Positions 60,051-64,000 of a stretch of 64,000 bases of DNA are shown piece after piece (the first letter of the stretch is position 1; each line of letters begins with the position of its first letter). The position numbers and the translations under genes are program-made. The notes below the pieces were generated by a model that worked only from the letters and a program-made list of their open reading frames with translations, had not been told where the DNA came from and did no database searches. Source of the stretch: Amoebidium appalachense (Eukaryota > Protista > Ichthyosporea); assembly GCA_963693365.1 (NCBI GenBank), contig CAVNZM010000015.1, forward strand, positions 5,960,624 through 6,024,623, in the 5' to 3' direction.

Positions 60051-63019
60051 GGGGGGGGGGGATCACACGCCTTTTGCATAGGGCAAAATAGTCACAACGC
60101 AGGGACCGTGTCCGGCTGCATTCCGATCTCCTTCCATTTCCGTCAATCCGATCAAGCCGTTTTTTGAGAGAAGGGCAACAGAAATTGGTTTCAGCGCAAA
60201 ATCATGGCGTGCGCCAGCGGCAACCTTTTTAAGCTTTATAACATTGTATTTACTAAAGCAGCCAAATATAAGCAAATATATTATATAAAAAGATTTCTAT
60301 TAAAGATAACATGATAAATATTTGGTTATTGAATGTTTTTTGTCTTCCCTTTGACTGCGATGGCGTCGCCGCCTCAAGGTAAATGTGTTTGTCATACTCT
60401 GGCTCAAACGAATCAGGTAAAGCCGGCTCAGCGTCGTTGATCGATTGATTGGGCGCAAGCGGGAATCGGATTATTCAAAGTTATATGAGTTGATTGGATC
60501 CGCAATTCCATTTTAAAATACAAACTTTGAAGCCTTTTGATTGGATCCGCAATTCCAGTTTAAAAATTTAATGACTTTTTCGGTTGTGACTAATTGGCCA
60601 GATGTTTCTCCGGACATGTCTGGGGCTGCATGCGTTTTCAAATTCCACTCAGAGTCAAAAATTTAAACGTTTCATGATGCTGCTGCCTACTAGAGTGATA
60701 AACGTATGGTGCCCGTGGCGCCAGTCTACCAAAATTGTGTGCACATGCATGCGTCTTCAGGGTGTGTGACCTGCGCGTGCACGCGCCCAACTTGGAGTGT
60801 TCGACTCTTGTAATTCTTCTTCTCGTCTTCTTCTTCTTTCCTTCTTTCTTTTCTTTCTTTTCTCTCTTTCTTTTTTTTTTTTTTTTTTAGGGGGAGGAAA
60901 AGGGGGGGGGGGGGGAGGGGGGGGGGGGGGGGGGGGGGGTTACACGTCGGCCGGTTCGCTATGAGGGCCCGCCCGGCCGGTTCGCCGCGGATACAAGCGG
61001 TTCAGGGCGGATCCGGGCCAAAGTTCGCCGAGAGCCGCGAAAGATCTGCAGCCAATTACACGAGCCATTCGACGCGATCTGTGGAATGCGAATACCCAGC
61101 TCACGGCAGAGACACTCCTGACAGGCACCCAATCGATCGGAGCGCGGCGAAAGCATGAAACAGGATATAGCAATAAACGATAACACATAGATTTGAAGTA
61201 TGTAAAAGGCTTTAAAGATTATTAAAACACCGTACGTACAGGTATGCACATGCACGCGAACAAGGACATTGTCGCCGCACGTGTTAGGTCCTTGCTTGTT
61301 ATATAGACCAATCAAACTACGCTTGAGCGTTGCAAAATTCCTTTTTCATGATCTCGGTGCCACTCCTACCTGCCCATTCCTATTCAGTATTTAAGTTGTA
61401 TTAAATAGTAATATAATGATTTTTATCATTTATTTATACATTAAATTTATTCTTTGCAGATTATATGTACAATGTTGACCGTAACTACATGCTCCTTAGC
61501 GTCCTTTGCTTTGTCACCAATATGAGCCGAAAATTCCCATTTACCCGCATTTCTTAGTTCTCGTCTATGATTGGTTCACGTAAACAATTTCTTATCGCTT
61601 TGTCACCATCTTGCCACCCGCCGCACTGATCAGTTTCAGATGACGAGTGGCTCACACGCTGTGCAGTACAGCGGCCTAGTGGGGGAGGCACACACGTAGG
61701 GGAGGGACGCGGCCCACTGTGCGTTGATTGGCCAGGGAAGTATGTGGGATAGTCGTGGCGAAAGAGCAGGAATATGCACGCGGGTGATTGGATGGCGGAG
61801 AGAGGTGCAGAGGAGTGCAGGGGCAACGTATCGGGTCAGAGGAAGAGCGGGAAGAGAGATCGAGCCGGGTCAAGGGAAGCATGCGAGCCGGGTCAAGGGA
61901 AGCGTGCAAAAGGAAGAGAACGAGCCAAGAGAGCGGGCCGGGAGAGGGGAGAAATGGAGAAAGGGGGAAAGGGGGGGGATTACCTGATTGGTCGCCCATT
62001 GTAGTCATTCCCACCAATGGAGTAACAGCACCATTAGCTAGAAAAAGCTAAGATGAAGTAACCAAAAATGGAAGGCTTTCTGCTCAGGAAGGTAAAAAAA
62101 ACGGCTTCTACCCATCACCCCGATTGCAGGATTTGATTGTGGGACTAAATGTGGGACATAGCGGCAGAAACTTTTTCGCCAATCAAAACTGATAACTCGA
62201 TAACATCTGCTTATCACAAAGTAATCACAACGAGGACGATTAGAACGAAACAGGAATAACGGTTCCATATATTACTTGCGGAGGTTTTCCCAAGTCGACT
62301 TTCTGTCTACATATTTTACACATCGCTCATGCGCTTCAAAGAACGAGTAAGGAGCAGACAGGGCTGGTCTCTTCAGCACACAGCACACACCTTGTTTTGG
62401 ACGGCGTTCTTTTCGCGGGATAACGCAACAGCTTTAAGGTACTGTTAATTTTGGGGCTGCATCTTGGGAGTGTTGGTATATGGTGAACTGGTTCTGTTGT
62501 TGTTGCAAGTCACTCTCCATCGTCATCTACCACGCGTATTCAGACTTGCCTGTTATGTCCTATGCACCTGCGTCTGCAATTTTTGTTTATTTCGTGCCTC
62601 ATGGGGAATACCTCCTGCTTGTTTCACAGGTTAACCTGGTAATGGCAGGCGTAAATGGATATTTGTCCCCTGGGTTGCCTCTGTGTGTGCTGCGTGTAAA
62701 ACACACACACACACCATCGGTTGTGTCTGTCTCTGTGGATACATCTGCAGGCTCTCTTTTACGAACACCTCCCCCCCCCCCCCCCCCCCCCCCGGACACA
62801 CATACACGGAAGACACAACGCACACAACCACTCTCTCCCCCCTGTAATCCGTAACCTCTTCTACCTTTCCACGCACACACACCCGCTTCTCATTCTATAT
62901 TTATCATCCCCCCCCCCCCCCCCCCCTCCCCCCCCCCCCCCCCCCCGATCCCCCCTCTCCATTCACACCTCCCCTCGCACACCACACACGATAATTTGGG
63001 TAGCCACAAGCAGGCATGA

Positions 63020-63094
<75 letters not shown>

Positions 63095-63511
63095 GCTACG
63101 ACACATACAGCAATCGACAGCAGGAAAAGGCAAGGCCCCTAGGTTATGGTCAGTAAGGTAATCGCCTGCAGGCAAATGGCATTTGCCCCCCCCCCCCCCC
63201 ACCCACCCACCCCACCCCACCCCCTCCCCCCACCCCCTCCCCCCTACTCTCACACACTTATACGTGCACGTAGGCACACACACACACACACACACACAAT
63301 CTGTTCCACCTTTCCACCTTTGTACCTTTCTATCCTGTACGTCTTCTATGATGCCCCCCCCCCCCCCCCCCCCCCCCTCTCATTCGATATTTATCTTATC
63401 TTCTCCCTCCTCACCCCCCTCCCACCTGCAAGAGCACAATCACGGTGTGCGAACATGAATGCATGCGACACGACACACCAACACGACATTTAGCCCCATA
63501 TCATCTTGTGC

Positions 63512-63795
63512 CATTTTCCTGCTCCTTTTCAACGTTTTACAACTCTACCATTATACCTACCTTTACACCTTTGTACCTTTGTACCTTTATACTTTAGTAC
63601 CTTTGTACCTTTACACCTTAATACCTTTATACCTTTGTTACTTTAAACCTTAATACCTTTATACCTTTGTTACTTTAGACCGTTGTACCTTTATACCTTT
63701 GCACCTTTCTATCCTCAGGCTACGTCACCTACCACCCCCCCCCCCCCCCCCCCTCCACCCAACACACACGCACACACACAGACACACACACACAA

Positions 63796-63867
<72 letters not shown>

Positions 63868-64000
63868 TTTCCTGCTCCCTTGCTTCTTTTCAACGTTTTA
63901 CATACAACTCTACCATTATACCTACCTTTACACCTTTGTACCTTTATACTTTAGTACCTTTGTACCTTTACACCTTAATAACTTTATACCTTTGTTACTT
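63512..64000 (+). repeat. Duplicated block with tacctt(t/g) minisatellite and (CA)n
   Basis: 63512-63650 resembles 63865-64000. Confidence 0.8.

Noticed and set aside
60740-60770. Hammerhead ribozyme (CTGAAGA on the minus strand)
   Set aside because: No GAAA core or compatible stems follow.
62590-63170. Possible short minus-strand exons
   Set aside because: Splice-like sites exist, but the peptides are unrecognisable and the model is incomplete at the window edge.

Overview
Eukaryotic, intron-rich and repeat-rich genomic DNA with no prokaryotic features. Long homopolymer C/G and (CA)n tracts generate most of the ORF track, which is spurious. The left ~37 kb is a transposon nest. It holds three copies plus relics of a tyrosine-recombinase (Ngaro/DIRS-order, split-direct-repeat) retrotransposon, a Ty1/copia element with one Ngaro copy inserted in its gag, a tRNA-Arg-primed TRIM, a LINE RT fragment and 183-bp satellite arrays. 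Most of these lie inside a ~28-kb inverted-repeat structure (9385-37365). The right part holds host genes reconstructed by hand: a 16-exon Kin82/Fpk1/NRC-2-type AGC kinase (minus strand, ~451 aa), a divergent 10-exon unknown membrane-protein gene (~247 aa) and a gene fragment, with MITEs and small dispersed repeats. The most interesting signal is that the Ngaro RT and YR ORFs have no usable start codon but each sits behind a host-style 3' splice site in phase with one conserved 5' splice site inside gag. This suggests Gag, Gag-RT/RH and Gag-YR are made by alternative splicing. Other notable signals are a base-resolved recombinase integration junction, strong CGC/GCG avoidance in TE coding regions, and a telomere-like micro-insertion with a target duplication. 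Homopolymer-linked frameshifts may be sequencing errors.
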